Shown here: positions 10,224 through 21,934 of the stretch, piece by piece
Layout of the letters: each line of letters opens with the position of its first letter
Numbering within the stretch: position 1 is the first letter of the stretch
Source: Bigelowiella natans CCMP2755
Lineage: Eukaryota; Protista; Cercozoa
Assembly (NCBI GenBank): GCA_000320545.1
Contig: ADNK01003259.1
Location: 1 to 57,483, forward strand
Direction of reading: 5' to 3'
DNA: 57,483 nt
The notes under the pieces: generated by a model
Databases searched by the model: none
What the model was told of the DNA's origin: nothing
The model's input: only the letters and a program-made list of their open reading frames with translations
Made by a program: the position numbers and the translations under genes

Positions 10224-12647
10224 CAAACGACAAAGCAGCACTGAAGTGTGTGTTGTTGGTTTCTGCCAGAGAGGGCACACTCAGAACGACGTCCAGGAGC
10301 ACGGCCCATGAAGTGGCACGAGCAGCATTGTCCACGCACGTCGTGCAGTGAGCACATGGCAACAACAAAGTCGGACCTGCATCAGGCTCAGAGAAGTGAC
10401 CAGCGGTGAGGCAGGCGACTCCAAGTCACCCCCACGCCAGCACGTGGGGTTGAAGGCCTTGCGGGTTTCACTTCAGGCGAGCCCCCTTGTGGACGAGCCA
10501 CGAGATGCGCATCACTCCGGCAGTTCTGGCAGTTGTCAGCCTTGACATCGGTCAGACCGGACACTGAGCACCCTTTCTTCTCGTCACCCTCCTTCACAAG
10601 AGCTCCCTGCTGTTGGACTCCACCGAGGTGCAGCCCCAAAGGGCACACATCGTGGGACAACTCTCGCGCAGGCCTGACACTTGGCCTCGAACTCTGCTTT
10701 CCTTGCTTGTCACTCTTGTCTTTTCCCAGCCCTGCCAGCCTGGTGCAGCCTTTGCACCCTTGTCCGAATCAACACAGGCGTCGCCGGAGTTGACACCAGT
10801 TGTCGCGCTCACTTTGGAGTGCACGTCGCCCTCGCCAGCTCGCCAGCGGCGTGTGCCAATGGGGACGTGCCGAGCACGCACTTGCTCTCAGCTGACGAGT
10901 TGGGAGACGTGGCCCTGCCGACAGGAGGTTCCCGTGCTTGCTTTGCCTTTGCACCGGGCCTGTCGAGACAGCGATCCACGATTTTGTCGTCCTGCGCCAA
11001 GTCGGGCATTGGGGTGCACGCATGCACTTGCTGCGTCAACAAGAGGCGATTGAACGTGGTTCGTGAAAGCGTTGATGAAACTTGAACTGTTGTTTGCAGT
11101 TGTGGTGTTTGAGTTGTGTTGTCTTTTGAGTTGTGTTTGCACGTGAGCAGGCTCAAGTTGCGCGTGCGGCTCCGAGAAAGCTTTCACTTGCAATGCAATG
11201 GTGCGTTGTTTTCACTGTGCATCGTTCCGACGCCTTTGTCGTGCTGCACGAACGCTGTGACGTGAAGAACGTTCCTGGACTTGTCCAAGAACGCGACCGG
11301 TCCAAGGAAGAACAAAAGAACTTTCCCAGAACACAAGAGCTCTCGCTGCGCGTTCTCAGACTTGCACCACGTGCGACGCAGCGCGTCGCCATGGGACGAC
11401 TCAGGACGTTGCGTGTCGCGAGTCGCACACAAGGTGGGACGCTGTGGCGTGCAGAGTGAGCGCCACACCAGTCGCGCGCTTGCGCGCTTGCGTGCTCACG
11501 AAAGCACGAACGAAGCAGAGCTGTTTCGCTGCAAGCTGAGAGGATCACTGGTTTGCTTGCCCACCCGCTTCCTCCTCAATTGACAACAGAAGAAGAAGAA
11601 GAAGGAGAAGAAGAAAAAAAGAGAAGGTGACGCAGAAGGATGGAAACGTGCAAGGTTGAACAGAACCTGCATCACGAGCCAATCCAGCAATTGCCGCACT
11701 CTCAACAGTGAGACAGTGAGCACTTGAACAATGAACAACGACAAAGAACCACACTTCCAAAGTGTGACAAGACACTTGCAGTGTGCGAAACGCAGTGCCT
11801 CGAACTGACTTCAGTGAGGACCATCTGGTGAAACCAAAAGGAATCAAGAATGGCATTGTGGCCACTCCTCCGTTCCTAGTTTCATTGTTTTCAGTGCCTG
11901 ACACTTGCCAACTGCAGGATCACGCATCCCTGAATCCTGTCGTGATGGTTTGCTCATGCTTGGAGATCACCAAGCAAGAACACCACACCTGCGACCCCCA
12001 AGAGCACAATCCCATGGACCACACCTTCATGGTCCACTTCACACCTGCCACAACATCCCCGGCTTTTGCGGAGACATTGCCCTCACTGGAAGGCATGAAG
12101 ATGGAGGAGATGCATTCTTCGTTCCTGGTCCATTTGGACAGCGAGCTTCGCAATGACCACAGCATCCCCGGCTTTTGCGGAGACAAAGCCCCCATCATTG
12201 CAATTGGAAGCACCAACTTCACGCCAACCACAACATCCCCGGCCCAATGGAGACATTGCCTGGAGGGCACAAAGTTTGAGGAGGACACCTTCATCCTGAT
12301 GGGATTCATCCAGGGTGAATCTTGGATGCAGATCCGAAAAGGCTTCATTTGGCATCCAATTCTCCGGTGGCCTGCCCCACCGGTGAACAGGAATGTGGCA
12401 CAGGGAGGGGAATGGCCACCCTCGTGCTTCAATTTCTTTTTCTTTTCCCTTTTTTCTTTCTCCCTTTTGGGACAAATGATCACACTGGCAACAACCAAAA
12501 CAAATTGTGTCATTTTTCGCATCATCGTTGTTTGTTCGTCGCACCAGTCTTTTCTTTGGTGCAGATCTTTTGACAAAGAAAGCTTGCACGTGGTTGAGAG
12601 AAAGCATCTCTCAATTCAGATGTCTCCCGGTTGATTTTTGCCCTGAT
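9583..12647. pseudogene. TpA-erased (hypermutated) block, probably a dead minus-strand gene and/or repeat remnants
   Basis: Only one TA (11877) in ~3.06 kb. Contains an exon-like minus-strand segment at 9915-10162, a (CA)n tract like those in local introns, and diverged direct repeats at 12035-12300. Confidence 0.6.
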
Positions 12648-12890
12648 TAACAATGCCAAGAAGAAGAAGGAATCAAGGCCATTTCCACTCCTGCGTCAAC
12701 GATGTTTTGTTGATCTCGTTCGGCACGAATCTCTGCCAGAAAGCTACGGGACGAGAAAGGGTGCTGTGAACTGCTCTACCGGTGGGGGGGGGGGGGGGGG
12801 AAGGACAGACAGGGACATTTTTCTTTGTCCCCCTTTGCCCTTGATTGGGACGATAACTACCTGTACCGGGGTGGGTGGGAAATTGCACAG

Positions 12891-15155
12891 ATGATTCTCT
12901 CGCACCCCGCCAAGCGCAAGAGGAAGGTCGGGAGGCTTGAGCTGACCCAAACCGAGCTGCGGCTTCGGGTTAATCCAGCCTCTGGACAGACCGATGATGT
13001 GTGTCCCCTCAGTATGATTTCCAAGTACAAATCCAGGCCGAGTCCTCCCTGTCTCGCAGTCGAAGTGGAGTTTGTGGTGGCGGGGGGGCGCAAGAAGACG
13101 AAGACCCTGGTGTTTGAGCTAACTACGACAACAGCTGCTGCCGCCGCGTCTGTCCGGACGGAACTGGAGCGTTGGAAGGCGGAGCTTTCGAAAGTAGTGA
13201 CTATGAATATCTACGGCAGCAAGGAGAGAGGAGAGCACTCGTCCTCGAACGCAGTTCCGACTAAGGCGACGGGAATAGAGAGGCGGGGGGGGGGCTTCAC
13301 TTCCACTGCCGCTACTGGTGGCAATACCAGCCGTGTTGAGCCAAAACCCACACGCGAAGTAGAGGTCTTGGATAAAGCGACCTATCGAAGAAAGCTATTG
13401 ACCCACGATGACCATCTCAGGAGCCAGTACCAGGAGCTCGTGGAAACTAACTTTATTACTGCGGAGGAATTCTGGGACTCGCGCGAGCGCATGCTGAAGA
13501 ACGAGAGAACAGCAGCAGCAGCAGCAGCAGCAGCCGCATCGTCGTCATCGTCGTCGTCATTATCAGCAGCGGGGGTACCCGTAGGTGACGCGAAGGCAGG
13601 GACGATGGCCAGGAAGGCGATGGAGAGTAAAGACAGCGCCGTGATCCGAAAGACAGTGACCCCGGACGAGATGATTCGGATATTTCTCAAGTATCCGCAT
13701 GTGCAGAGGGCCTACGAGGAGAACGTGCCCATCCCAATCACCGAAGAGGAGTTCTGGACCAAGTACTTCCGCGCGGTGCATTTTTACGAGCACGCCGGGC
13801 AGTCGTCGTCGTCGTCGTCATCAGCGCCGCCGCCATCGGCGTCGTCGTTCTTCCACTCGTACCAGCTTGCCGAAGAAGCGGAAGCCAGCGCACAGCAAGG
13901 AATGGACGCGCGGAAAAGGGCGCATCCCCTCGATAGAAGAGTTGACCTGCGTCTGAGCGAGGGGTACGAGCGATACGCGGAGGAAGAGCTCCAGCCGCTG
14001 CTTCGACGGGAACAGCAGCCGCAGCAGCAGGAGGAGGAGGAGGAAGAGGCACGGCGGCAGCCACCGGTGGCAACGCGCATCAACGCCCTCGAGTCGAAAT
14101 TGCGTAGGGAAGAGCAGAAGAAGAATTTCTCAAAGTATAATCGCTTGGGCAGGCTCCTGCTCTCTTCATCGGAAGGATCACTCCAAAAAAGGCTGAAGCC
14201 GGAGCGAAGGGACGAGGACACACCATCATCATCCTCCTCCTCCTTACCTGCCGCACCCGCCCCAGATCAACGAGGGAAGGCGACGAGCAGAGATCCAACA
14301 GCGAAGGCCGCCGAGACAGCGGCAGCAGCGTCTCACCGCCACCTGCAGATGCAAAAGTCAACGATGGAGGAGCTCAGGAAGGACTTGGAGCTCAGGGATC
14401 TCGAACACGAACGAAAGAAGAGCTACAAAAACATACTACGGAGGCCAGCGACGGTGGCTTCTTCCTCGCCGTCGCCGTCGCCGTCGCCGTCGTCATTGCC
14501 ACGCAGGTCGGACCCCGCACTGATGGATGTGCGGAGGGCTTACGACAGGTATCAGCACAGCGTGTCCGAGTCCGCACGCATGATGAGGAAGCGCGGCATC
14601 AGCTGCGATGAGCCGTGGATGTCGATCGGCCCCGTCAATCGCAACATGCTGCTCACCCTGACTTCCAACGCTCGCGGCCAAGCTTTGGCCGAGGGGGCCT
14701 GGCAGAACAAGGCGAGGTTCGAGATGAAGAGAGCCGGTGACAGCAGGGCCAACGACGAGAGAGAACGCGGCCCCAGGAACGCCGAGCGCAGCCGCGGAGC
14801 CCTGAAGGTCTTCAGCAGCGGAGCCTTCCGCAAGGACGTTCGTGTGCCTGAGGACTCCGTGGAGCAGATCAAGAAATTCACGAAGAGAGCCAACGGGTAC
14901 TTGAGGTTTTACTGGTCGCTGTTCCCCCCCAAAAACAAGAGAGAGTTTGAGAAGATGAAGGCGATCTCGGACAAGCTGTCGCTGCTCAGCGACAAGCTGC
15001 AGACGTATCGGAAATCGCTGCTCCAAGGAGATCGGGCGGCGCTCAAGGATATTGTGCTTCCTTTGATTGAGTCGTTGGAAGTGGTGCAAAACACCCAAGC
15101 GCAGGTTGCGAAGAGAGTGCATGAGAGGGGGAAAAAGAGGCCGCGTCGGGGCTAA
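12891..15155 (+). CDS. GTF2H1: TFIIH subunit p62/Tfb1 (PH-like N-terminus, two BSD domains)
   Basis: Single long ORF with BSD motifs LRSQYQELVETNFITAEEFWDSR and IFLKYPHVQRAYEENVPIPITEEEFWTKYF, and a C-terminal YLRFYWSLFP helix. The ATG at 12891 is chosen over the TTG start at 12825. Confidence 0.85.
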   Translation: MILSHPAKRKRKVGRLELTQTELRLRVNPASGQTDDVCPLSMISKYKSRPSPPCLAVEVEFVVAGGRKKTKTLVFELTTTTAAAAASVRTELERWKAELSKVVTMNIYGSKERGEHSSSNAVPTKATGIERRGGGFTSTAATGGNTSRVEPKPTREVEVLDKATYRRKLLTHDDHLRSQYQELVETNFITAEEFWDSRERMLKNERTAAAAAAAAASSSSSSSLSAAGVPVGDAKAGTMARKAMESKDSAVIRKTVTPDEMIRIFLKYPHVQRAYEENVPIPITEEEFWTKYFRAVHFYEHAGQSSSSSSSAPPPSASSFFHSYQLAEEAEASAQQGMDARKRAHPLDRRVDLRLSEGYERYAEEELQPLLRREQQPQQQEEEEEEARRQPPVATRINALESKLRREEQKKNFSKYNRLGRLLLSSSEGSLQKRLKPERRDEDTPSSSSSSLPAAPAPDQRGKATSRDPTAKAAETAAAASHRHLQMQKSTMEELRKDLELRDLEHERKKSYKNILRRPATVASSSPSPSPSPSSLPRRSDPALMDVRRAYDRYQHSVSESARMMRKRGISCDEPWMSIGPVNRNMLLTLTSNARGQALAEGAWQNKARFEMKRAGDSRANDERERGPRNAERSRGALKVFSSGAFRKDVRVPEDSVEQIKKFTKRANGYLRFYWSLFPPKNKREFEKMKAISDKLSLLSDKLQTYRKSLLQGDRAALKDIVLPLIESLEVVQNTQAQVAKRVHERGKKRPRRG

Positions 15156-16454
15156 AACGAGACCTACCGTGTAGGAGCGGACACTCATTCTATTACTTGC
15201 GTATGCAACCTCCTACAGTCATCTGCACGTAATTTACAAGAAATAGTCAAGATTCCAAGACACGACATGTGAGACGGATGTAAAGAAATTGAATTACATT
15301 CTCTCAGTTATTGTTGGCGCGATTCTGAAGTGGCTATGTGTTGATGCAGCGATGCAACATACATACAACTGTATTCTATGTGAGACGGATGTAATGAAAA
15401 AATTACATTTTTTCAATAGTGCTCCTAATGTAGTCGTTAAGTATAAGTCCGTCTGCAGTGAGTACGGCTTAAGCTATCTGCCTAGTCTAGTAGTCAACAA
15501 GGCAAGTCCAGGGTCAATGTCTAGATGTCATGTACAAGCAGCAACGACAAAGCAAGCTAGCAAGTCTAGAAGTCATGCTAGAACAGTCAGCGACGACTAG
15601 GCGAGCGAAGCGACGCTGGTGCATACAGCCCTTGACAATCTTAGCGCTGTAGTCGCCGCATTGCACAGCAGCGTTGCTAGCACCTCTGCTACGCTAGACC
15701 TGCAGCTACGCTAGCTAGCTAGCTAGCTAAAAGGAAAAAGATTCAATCACTTCAGCATTACATTCGTCTCGCATAATAAACTAGCAGCATGTCTTATATC
15801 TAGATATGTGCTAGTATGTCTAGATGCATGCATGTGTGTGTACGTGTCACAGCATATAAGCAAAGCGCACGCAGGCCTACTTGGCTAGCTTGTCATATAT
15901 GAGACGGATGTAATGAAATATTTAAATTTTTTCAATGGTCATCCTAATGTAGCTGTGCAATGCAGCGGCTACAGCGCTTATGTTGCATCTGTTTGTTTCC
16001 TTGGTCACGTGTTGCATGCATGAAAATGCATCAAGATTCATATATAGATATACTAGATATATCTAGATGTGGTCTGGTGGTGCTGTGCGAGGTTTCACAT
16101 CACATGCATCGGCATATCTAGATGTGCTAGTATGCTAGCATGCAGGAGCAAGTGCGCACATTTTGTATGTAAGCAAGCTAAATAGCTAAGCGCGACAATA
16201 GCATAGATGCATAGTAGCCAATGTATTGCAACATGCATGCCTCAGTGCTGCACGAAGGCTAGAAGGGTTGCACAAACTATGCTGTCGCTGCTGCTACTAA
16301 ATAACACTTGCCACATGGAACTCTTTTCGGCTTACAAATTCTACCACAAGGGCCCAGCGTCGGTCACGACGTTTGCTTGTCATTTACTACGAGAGACTGC
16401 GGGCGGTCTCGGCTTCTCTATAGCCCCCCCCCCCCCCCCCTCGCCCCCATACAT
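15156..16454. repeat. Convergent intergenic spacer rich in CTAG/AGCT/TGCA, with 4 copies of the GACGGATGTAAT element (+ at 15270, 15381, 15900; - at ~15735-15771)
   Basis: Direct reading: (CTAG)n at ~15711-15730; TGAGACGGATGTAA three times on the plus strand. Confidence 0.8.
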
Positions 16455-17246
16455 CTACTCTGGCAGCGTCGGAAGGTCGGCCATGGCCTTAACTACCTGG
16501 GCGCACATAGCCTCAGGCAGGAACTCGTGGCTAGCCTTGATGTCGACTGTGAGCTTCTTCTTGCTATCCTTCTTGGCCTTGACGTACACGGTGACGTGGT
16601 GCGCGGGGCTTCGCACCGAGCGGCCGTAGTACGTCGCCGCGCCGGCCACCGCCTTCACCAGCTGGACGTTCAGGATGTAGCCTACCGCCCGGAGAGCGTC
16701 CTGCATCGACAAGCCCCGCAGCGTGAGCTTAGTGCTGGCGCTATGTTTGAATACCTTCGTATTCCCCGCCGGGCCGCCGGTAATCATGCCCGCAAGGTCG
16801 CCCATGCTGACCTTCATCGGTCGGAAGAAGGCCGAGCAGCCTAGCTGCATTGTGCAGGCCTGCACAACCGTCTTTGTGCCCGGGATTTGGTAGGTCACGG
16901 TGGCGGGTATAACGCGGGGGCCGTCGAAGGTCTTCCATTCGAGGCTCATGCTGGCCGTCTTGGGCTTCTTGCTCTTGAGGCTATTGACGTTGAAGATCGG
17001 CATCGTGGGGTTGGGGGCCTCGCTAGAGCCCTCGTACCTGTTCTCTAGCTCTAGCCGCGCAACATCCAGCTTCTTCTGCAGGCTGACGAGGTAGACGTCG
17101 ACGAAGAGCGTGAAGGGTTGGTTCTTCTCGGCCCGCGCCGTGAAGTACACGCAGATTGCGTTGTCGCGGTAGAGCAGCTGCCTGCTGAACCCCGGCGTGG
17201 ACGATGTGAATAGGGACTGGGGGACGGAGCTGATCTTCTTCTTGTC

Positions 17247-17278
<32 letters not shown>

Positions 17279-20200
17279 CTTTTTTTGGGGGGGGGGTGGA
17301 GCTGCTTGTGTCATCCAAAAGGTTCAATAGCATTGGACCCGACGATGCTGCGGAGGGGGCGACTGCGGCGTCATCGCCCTTATTCTTCTTCTTCTTATCC
17401 TTTTTCTTCTTCTTGTCTTTCTTCTGCTTCTTGGACTTCTTGCCTGATGATGACGATGCTGCTACGCCCTCGGGGAGAGGAGCGTCATGCATCTCGAGCT
17501 CGTACTCGTCATCACCGCCTCCCGCCCTGGGAGCAGCGGAGACCTTGTGCTCAACGGAGGGCTTCTTCTTCGCCTTCTTCGGTTTTATCGCCGGCGAGCT
17601 GCCGCCCATGTCGAGAATGTTGGCCGTGGACTGCGAGCTCGTGCCGCCAGCGGCAGCAGCAGCAGAATCGCCCCCAGACCTATTCTTGTCCTTCTTCTTC
17701 TTCTTGTCCTTCTTCTTCTTCTTGTCCTTCTTCTTCTTCTTCCCGCCCGACGCCGCCGCCCCGATGGCTGGCAGCCTCGAGGACGGCCGCAGATTCGGAT
17801 CGCCATAGGCGCCAACCTCCGGAATGACCTCATCCTCCTGGAGCGGCGTCGTGATGTCGATGTCGAGGACAGGGCTTCCGTCGCCCTTCTCGTCGTCCGT
17901 GTCGTCGCCGTCGAGTGTGGGCCCCGCTGCGACCTCGTACGTCTTCGGGAGATCCTCCTCGTCGCGCCTGTGGCGGCGCTTCTTCTTCTTGCTCTTCTTG
18001 CCCTTCTTGCCGAGCCCGATGTCGAACTCGTCGCCAAGGTCCTTGAGCGGTATATCGCTCACATTCACGCGCTTGCCGTCGCCGTCGGAGTCGTCGGAGT
18101 CGCCGCCGCTCTTGAGGTAGAAGGGGTCCTTCTCCCTCCTGGCCTTCATCGCCTTGAGGTGCTCGTCCCTCTCCTCGTCCCGCCTGGAAGAGGCCTTGGA
18201 GCCCTTCTTGCCCTTCTTCCTCTTCTTCTTGGAGGACGTGTCCAGGAAGTCCTCCAGGTCATCCCACGTCTGGTTCGAGTAGTCGGTCTTCTCGTCGAAG
18301 AGGTCGTCGTCGTCGCTGTCGGAGTCCTGCTCGTTGATCCACTTGTTCAGGTCCAGGCCTGCGGGGACCTTCACCCGCTTCTGCGCCTTTGGGTGGACAA
18401 GGCCTAGCTTCTCCGTGTCCGTACCGCCGAAGAAGTCGATGAACTGCTGAATCACCGCCATTGCACCGCTCTTGCGCAGGGCGAGCAGGTTCAGTTGCTC
18501 CGGCTCCTCAGGCGCCTGCTTGTTTTCCGCAGGCTGCTGCTGCTTCTCCGCGGGGGAAAGCAAGGCGTTGATGAATCGGTGGTAGCACACTGCGCGCTCC
18601 TGCACCTCGACGTCGTTGGACCTGGTGAAGTTGCCAAGCTTCGACGTGAGTACGTCCATGATCTCCCTAGCCACCGACCTCCAGGTGTCGTCCTCCTCCA
18701 TCACCTTGGCGCGAGGCGAGGTCTTACTATCGAGGTCCTTCGTCTTCATCTCAACGTTAATCACGTCGTCGTTGTCGTCGTCGTCGCCGCCGCCATTTCC
18801 ATCGTCACCATTGTCTTCTTTGCCCTCGGTCGGACTCGTGTCCTCGATGAGACCCATCACGTCCACGATACTGCTAGCTGCCTTGCCTCCCTTTCCTGAG
18901 GGAGTCAATGGCGCAGAACCACCACCAGCAGCAGCAGCCGACGCTGCCTGGGGAGGAACGTAGTCCATCGGCTCGTCACTCTCCTCTATCAACCGCCCAA
19001 GGACGTACGCGCAGATTTTGATGGCGGCGTGCAAGTAGACGATTTGGGTGTTGGAGTTCAGGCGCGAGATGGAAGGGTCGAGGATCGTCTTGAGCAGGTC
19101 CACGGGCTCCTTCACGAGGTCTGGATATTCTCCCACCGCCCAAGCTGCAGCGAACAAAACTTCCGACAGTGCCGTGTTGACCAGGGCGCCTGAGTTGGCA
19201 GCTTCCTTGTCCCGCAGCAGCGCGGACAGGTGCTTCACCGCGAATTTCCTCACCCCGCGTACACGGACTAGAACATCTATGAACTGTCCTTTCAGCGCCA
19301 CCGCGTTCTCATGGTTGGTTCCTACCATAACCGTCAACTGCAGCAATGTTTCGATGTACCATGCGAAGTCTGAGATGAAGGCAAAACTCTCCTGGCTGCA
19401 GATCTGAATAATGCGCCCCATCACATAGTTCCTGTAGTCCCCTTCGGCGCCCTTCAGGTGCTGCAGCAACCGCCGCACGATGCCACTCATGTTTTTTCTG
19501 GAAACCATCCGCGTGATGATGTCGATGGCTCTTCTCCTGATGGTAGAGTCCTCGTCCTCCAGACAATCGAGGACGACATCCTTGTGCTCCGCGACGACGC
19601 GAAGGTGCTGCTTCATCAATTTATGGAGCCCTAAGAGGCCGAGGTATTTGAGATTTTGGTCCGGGTCCTCGATGAACGTCCGTAGCTTCTCCATGCACAG
19701 AGATATGACGGACTTCGACGTTAGCTTGCCGCTGATGAGGGTGTTAATGCACTCGTATAACAAGCTCTTTGCGGGCGTGGTCGTGATAATGTCATACAGG
19801 GGGTCTCGCAACTTTTTCGCCAATCTCGGCTCCAACGGTACGAGGGACCCCAGCAACTTAACAATCTTGATGAGGATCCAGTTGTTGCTCGAGCTCGTAA
19901 GTATCTTGAAGAACTCTGGCGCTAGGGAAAGGTAGTTTTTCGGGTTGTTGCGAGCAAGCTCGCACACGACGTAGACCGCCGCAGACCTAACACTCGGATC
20001 TTTGTCCTGTAGCTTTTCTCTCAACCGGGGAAATGAAAGGCGCAGGGCTTTTGGCCAAGCCTGGAACAACTTATATAGCACAAGAACCGCCTTTTTCCGC
20101 GTGTAAGGGCGGGAAGAGTTGAGCATTCCATACACATCCTTGAGAAGCGCCATCGAAAGGTCTTTATTAGCAATATTTGCCAAACAACTAATTGCAGCCC

Positions 20201-20788
20201 CTGTCTCATACATTACATGTGGGTCGCTTGAGCTGGGAGAAAACGCCTTGCGAAACAGATGCGTCGTCAGCAATATGACGTCTGTCTCCTTTGTGAATGA
20301 CTGTGACGCCGCAAGGTATCCTACATGGCGATGCCCGAACCACGGCATACTCATGCACTCGACGATGTTGAAGTTGGCCCATGACATCTCATATCCTTCC
20401 AGCTGCAAGTAAGTTAATTTCTCGATGGCGCATGCTGGATATCAGAGAGAACACATTATCAGTGAGAATTTTCCCGACATCATCTGCAAGAGCACTTCAC
20501 ATTTTCATAGGCATAGTTCTTATACAGTGGTATTGACTCTCGAAATACATATTGATTGTATCTAAATCAATTATACACATCGATCGCTGTCATTCGCGTT
20601 CGGATCTTCAAGTACATTCAGTGCAATTGTGCTTCTTTTGTGGTGTTGTCAGTTATACATTTTATGTCGTCATCACTCCCAGCAAGCTCATTTTTAATCT
20701 CCGAAATGACCCCACTAATATAGGGCGCTAGATTGTGCTTGTGCGCTCGAATCCCTTTGACGACGTCTTGAAGGGACTTGGAAAACAT
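16455..20788 (-). CDS. AP3D1: AP-3 complex subunit delta
   Basis: Exon 1 20788-20659 (MFSKSLQDVVKGIRAH...DDDIK), GT-AG intron 20658-20435, then a long exon with AIEKLTYLQ..WANFNIVECMS..VGYLAASQSF..NNWILIKIVKL..DPDQNLKYLGLL..DVEVQERA (Adaptin_N), Lys-rich hinge and ear domain. Confidence 0.95.
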
Positions 20789-21465
20789 CGCTCACTCTCC
20801 TTCCTACGCAATTATCATGCCTTTACGTGCATACCACACACAAAGTACGCTATTGCATTGCTGGCATATGTTTACACTTAGATTAGATACCGATATCTCT
20901 AAAAAATATTTTCATAACAAATAAGTCAACACACACTGTACCCGGTCTCTCGCACAGGGAAGGCAAGAAGGGGGGGAGTAGATGGAGGTCGATGACGAAA
21001 GTCAATCGATTAAGATGCAAAGTGTCCTCACTATTATTCAATTTAAACATTAAATACATGTAACTTTATTCTTGAGACAAAACGTATGCGAGATTAGTGA
21101 AAAAATAGAAGACACTTGCTACTACGACAAGCCTCCTCTTGAGACTCAGATGGCGCGCGCTTGGCTCCAATTTTTTCTGTTCCACCGAATTTCAATCTTT
21201 ATCTTTCCAGCGACAAGAACTCCCGCCGCCTTTATCAGCGAATTCCTCGTACCGACGGCCGAAACATACCGAGATAGAGTTCGCTCCCAAACGCTCGGGG
21301 TTTGGTGAGTCTGTGAGCAGGTTCGGAGCTTGTTTCAGCGGAAATCCGGCTAAAATGCCCGACGAAAAATTAAAAGTAGGATAATTCTTACGGAATTGAT
21401 CGGCTGCAAGTTTGCAGTCGCACATATTTCAGAAAGGAATTCGCACACATAGGAATCGCAACCAA

Positions 21466-21934
21466 ATGCCTCTGGGGAGGGGCAAGGCGAACCGAAAGAC
21501 TTCTCTCCTGAAGGTTAGCATTTATGCGCTTGTGATGTACTTAAAACGCCACACGCTGAAATCTGCCTTTGCAGTCCCACTTACGGAGGTTTCGGGAGAG
21601 GAAAGAGCCTGCGTCCGTAGGGCAGGATGCAGCCCCAAATAAAATGAACAAGAAGAAGAGGCGCTCACGAAGTCGGGTGAAAATCCAATCTTCCCGGGTA
21701 AACAAGATTCGAAAGGTATGTGCGATTTTGTGAAAATATCTAGGTTAGCTTTAAGTTTTGCAATATCCCATACAGAAGGAAAACACGAACCACTTGAAGC
21801 ACAATCTAAAGATTCTGAAGAACGCAACAGAAGTTGATGAGAAATCACGATCCGTAATCAAGAAGGTTATAGAAGAGATTGCAAAAGAGTCGAATGGTAG
21901 AAGAAAGGAAAAACAGGAAGAACAGGAAGAATGA
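21466..21934 (+). CDS. Small basic hypothetical protein (3 exons, ~115 aa)
   Basis: MPLGRGKANRKTSLLK|SHLRRFRERK...VNKIRK|KENTNHLKHNLKILKN...EEQEE*; two GT-AG introns keep the frame. Confidence 0.55.

Noticed and set aside
12048-12260. Three ~29-bp repeats resembling a CRISPR array
   Set aside because: Irregular spacing (~109 and ~71 bp), similarity extends into the 'spacers', no cas genes, eukaryotic context.
11783-12634. 283-aa ORF and many overlapping ORFs on both strands in 9300-12650
   Set aside because: Loss of TA removes TAA/TAG stops in all six frames; the products lack Tyr and have no recognisable domain.
9583-12647. Classical RIP or CpG-methylation decay as the cause of TG/CA richness
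   Set aside because: RIP increases TpA and CpG decay depletes CG; here TpA is absent and CG is plentiful.
17197-18963. Long plus-strand ORFs (up to 306 aa) antisense to AP3D1; similar shadows over TFB1, DUF1765 and INCENP
   Set aside because: Expected antisense shadows of GC3-rich, low-complexity coding sequence.
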